Shown one piece after another: positions 60,011 through 64,000 of a stretch of DNA of 64,000 nt (position 1 is its first letter; every line of letters starts with the position of its first letter). The stretch is from Monocercomonoides exilis PA203 (Eukaryota; Protista; Preaxostyla): assembly GCA_001643675.2 (NCBI GenBank), contig LSRY02000024.1, positions 1 through 64,000 of the forward strand. The letters are read 5' to 3'. Made by a program: the position numbers and the translations under genes. Below the pieces are notes generated by a model that was given only the letters and a program-made list of their open reading frames with translations, searched no databases and had not been told where the DNA came from.

Positions 60011-62806
60011 TTTCAAGGAAAACAAAAATTAATATTGGCGCAAAGACCATCTATCTCATTCTTCTTCTTCATTACAAAATTGAGCACTCAACATTCCTCA
60101 TTCACTTTTTTCTTCTTCAAGGTTTGGGATATTCCTTTGATGCCAGAGGTGGATAACAGTCACGTGCTCTTTATTCAACTGCACTGAAAGCGAAGACAAA
60201 AACAACATCAAATATGATATTGTCAAAATGACTGACTTTTCCAGTGAGTATTCAAGTGAACAGAGGAAATTCACTCAGCCAGAATGAACAAAGTGGAATA
60301 AGAAACGAGTGAAAGGAGAGAAAAGGTTCCATTTGAAAGTGAGACGATTCTTCTGAAGGCTTAGCTGAACAGCAGAGATGGAAGTGATCGAAGAGAAATA
60401 TGAGAGAAAGGAAAAACAGAACAGTTCAGAAGTTAAGACACCTGCCTCAAACACAGCTGACGTCTGACATTTTAACCAATAAACTCAATCAAATTGCAAA
60501 GAAAGTGCGATCAGAAGAGCTATCTCAATCGCAATCACACGGTTAGGTCTTAACGAGTATCTCAAACAAATCCCAATTCAAATATTCAACGTCTTTTCAT
60601 TTGCACACTTTTTCATCCTCTTCTTCTCCCCCTCTTTTTTGTCCAATGAGAACACTTCAGCACTTCATTTCATTATTGCATTAACAATCCTCGGTCGCAT
60701 TCCCTCACCCACTTTCAACATCTTCTCAAGAAAATGTATTAACTTCATCCACTTTCACTAATGAAGATGAAATTGAATCAGAAACGAATGAAGATTCTGT
60801 TTTAGTGATTGGAGGAGAACAAGTTTTTGGTATTCATTTTAAAAGCTAAAGAAAATGAAAGGAGGCGGTTTCTGTGTCTGATGGATGTGTTCTTTTGTCT
60901 TTGTGCTTCTTTTGTATCTTCCTGAAGAGCGCATTTAGAAATATGCACATCAACAGTCTCTATTTCCTGCTGTATAACCTGTTGTTTCTCAATGCGCTCA
61001 ATATGAATAACATGTTCATTGTACTCAATCTGGACAATCAAATCAACTGTCTTATTCAACTAACCCACATCAGCAGTCAAGTCTGTTGTTTATTGAGTGT
61101 GCGCTGAATGACTTCAGCTGTGATGCAGATGAGAATGAGGATGTCCTGTCAGAGGAGTGGAATGTGGATCAACAGAGGAAAATAAAAAAGCTGAGTGAAG
61201 ATTGAGAGATGAAAGAAAAAAAGAAATGTCTTGTGGAAAAAATTGGTGTTTGGTTTGGGAAATGGAGTGAGCAGAGGGGAAAGCAAAGGAGGAATGTTGA
61301 AATGGGCAGTTGTTGAAAAAGAAAGAACGAAAAAAGAGAAAGAGCTTGAAGGAAGGAATAGAGTGTGTTTGAGAATGTTCAATCACGTTTGAATTAGAAT
61401 GAATTTTCATCGGGCATGAAGAAAAAGAGTATGATGAAATGTTCCGTGGAAACAAATTGTTTGTTTGCTTCAAAGAAAGAAAAAATGAATTCGAAGTTGT
61501 GTTCGAACAAGATTGAATGAAATTCTTGAACAGTTTTGGGGACTTTCTTTTTGAGATTGCATTGAAAATGGAGAGTGAATGAAAATGTTTGCTTTTGGAA
61601 AAGAGAATGTCCTCGTACATTCACGTGTTTGCGGCAATGTGTTCTGAGAGATGTGCATGTAATGATGTGTTTTTGGAGATTTTCGTAAAGATTTTAAATT
61701 TATATTTATTGTTTTTATTTATTTATTTATTTATTTTTATTTACCGTATAATTTCATCTTGATCTTTTTTCTTTATCCAGACCTTTTTCTTTTTTTCCCT
61801 GAGCTCAGCTTTATGTTTCACTGTGATAAATTAAAAATAACCTGAAATGTTTGAAATGTTCAAATTTGCTTTTTCAGAATAATTTTTCTATATTTCAAGT
61901 TTTATATAAAGATCAAAATGAATTTTTATTTTTGTTTTGATCATTGACTTACTTCTTTTCCAGTAAATATTTTTTATCGGAAGTTATGAGTCTCAAAAGC
62001 TTTTATCAATATAATTTTAATATGCTTTAGTTGTTCTAAACTTTCCCAACTTGTTTTTTAAACATTTTTTCTCATTTCACACATTTTTTCAAAAAACGCG
62101 ATTTCTGGGATATGTATTCATTTGTTTAAAAATTAACTGAAATGAATTAAAAAGAAATTTGAAATGAAATGATATCTCAAAAAAAAAACAACAAAATATT
62201 TGTATATGACGAACAATTTTCAGATCAAAATTTTTATATGTTCTGCCATTTCGCTTCAAATTCTTGTTCAATTCTTTTTCATTTCAAAATTAAACAAAAG
62301 TTTACAATAAATAACACCTTGTTTTTATTTTTTATGTGCTAAAAATTTGCACTAATTCATATTTGTTCCGAAAATCGTGTTTTTAGCAAAAACAATGATA
62401 TGAGAAAAAAGGTCGAGAATTTAATTGAAAAAGTTAAAAACAAGAAAAAATAATAATATAGGAATGTGGAATGATGATGCTGTGGCTTAAAACGATCGGT
62501 ATAAAATATTCGCATCATGGCCAGCAAGTCTTTGATCTGAGTACTAAAATAACAAAAAAGATGATTGATTTTTTGAACACGAAAACATCGTAAATTCTCA
62601 AATCAGAATGCTGAGAAAAATGTCAATAAAACAGTTCATATATTAATTTATTTGAATAAGAGGGAAAGAAAAAGCAATCATCATCTTTTAAGTGCTAAAT
62701 TTATCATGCAATATTTCATTCTTTTCTCGAAAATTTTAAAAGTGTCGTTGTTTGCAAAACATTAATTATCAGAACAGTCATTTTTAACGAATGAAATTCA
62801 TTGAAT

Positions 62807-63851
62807 TAGGGTGGTTTTTTTATCCGGACATTTTTTTTATCCGGACAAAAATTAAAAATTTAAATATCTCAACAAATATTCAATATTAATTTCCAGCAAT
62901 TTGCACAGTTGTATGTTAGCATATATGACATCGATTCATATACAAAATTTTCATAGCAGTGTTGCATTTTTTTTGAAATAAATAATTTTTATTTTTGAAA
63001 ATCCGACTTTTGATGAATTTTTCTATTGAAACAAAATGTTTCAATTTATCCCATATGTATAAAACTTATTTTTTCCATGATATTAACAATTCTGGTTATT
63101 TTTTATTTTCCACAATTTGCTCTTTCTAACGGAATGAAAATCTATCATTTTTGAAAAATCATTGTCAATGGGACAACTTAAAAATATTTTTTCTTAAATG
63201 AAGGAGCATCTAACTGAAACCAACACTTGCATTAATTAATATAATAGTTATATAAAATTACCACAAAGTAATAATTAAAAATGATTCAGAAGGTATTTTA
63301 TAAGCATCATTTGTTTTCATAATTGATGATTTTTAATATGCAATTTCATTGAAATTAGAATAAAATTTATTTTTTGGAATCTTCACTGAATCATTTTTAA
63401 TTATTACTTTGTGGTAATTTTATATAACTATTATATTAATTAATGCAAGTGTTGGTTTCAGTTAGATGCTCCTTCATTTAAGAAAAAATATTTTTAAGTT
63501 GTCCCATTGACAATGATTTTTCAAAAATGATAGATTTTCATTCCGTTAGAAAGAGCAAATTGTGGAAAATAAAAAATAACCAGAATTGTTAATATCATGG
63601 AAAAAATAAGTTTTATACATATGGGATAAATTGAAACATTTTGTTTCAATAGAAAAATTCATCAAAAGTCGGATTTTCAAAAATAAAAATTATTTATTTC
63701 AAAAAAAATGCAACACTGCTATGAAAATTTTGTATATGAATCGATGTCATATATGCTAACATACAACTGTGCAAATTGCTGGAAATTAATATTGAATATT
63801 TGTTGAGATATTTAAATTTTTAATTTTTGTCCGGATAAAAAAACCACCCTA
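62807..63851. mobile_element. ~1045-bp foldback element: near-perfect ~470-bp inverted arms, 96-bp spacer, TA-flanked GGGTGG termini
   Basis: 62807-63289 is the reverse complement of 63386-63851, apart from a ~17-bp tandem duplication (tttttttatccggaca) in the left arm. Confidence 0.93.
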
Positions 63852-64000
63852 CATAATTTCTAATGTCGATTTATTTATTATCCATCTTATGCATTTCAAA
63901 AAAAACTTAGGAATTAAACAACTTATATATTCGTTGTTCTTTTTCGTAAGTTACAAGTGTTTGATACTTGGGTTTTGCCTAATGGGTGATTATTTTTGAT

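Overview
AT-rich eukaryotic chromosome end (introns, telomere repeats, standard code). The gene families look like those of an oxymonad protist such as Monocercomonoides; this is an inference from recognition, not a search. Layout: (1) telomere 1-116; (2) about 21.6 tandem copies of a ~355-bp, densely palindromic subtelomeric unit ending in a hairpin cluster (117-7810); (3) decayed genes; (4) an apparently intact large tyrosine recombinase with a C-terminal Myb domain (11227-14070, extending further upstream); (5) an internal (CCCTAA)6 telomere tract abutting a decayed gene; (6) a pogo-like DNA transposon with TIRs (~19691-27992) carrying a nested DIRS-1-type retrotransposon (20411-24220; ITRs, internal complementary region, TTATT crossover core) and a MITE; (7) a second dead pogo-like transposase; (8) paralogs of an expanded helical-protein family, beta-helix surface-protein genes and pseudogenes, and a ~2600-aa receptor-like pseudokinase; (9) MITEs and a ~1-kb foldback element. 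The best candidate for a new system is the terminal ~15.3-kb block: telomere repeats on both sides, a palindromic array, and a Myb-fused tyrosine recombinase, possibly a telomere-targeting recombinase element. That interpretation is a hypothesis.
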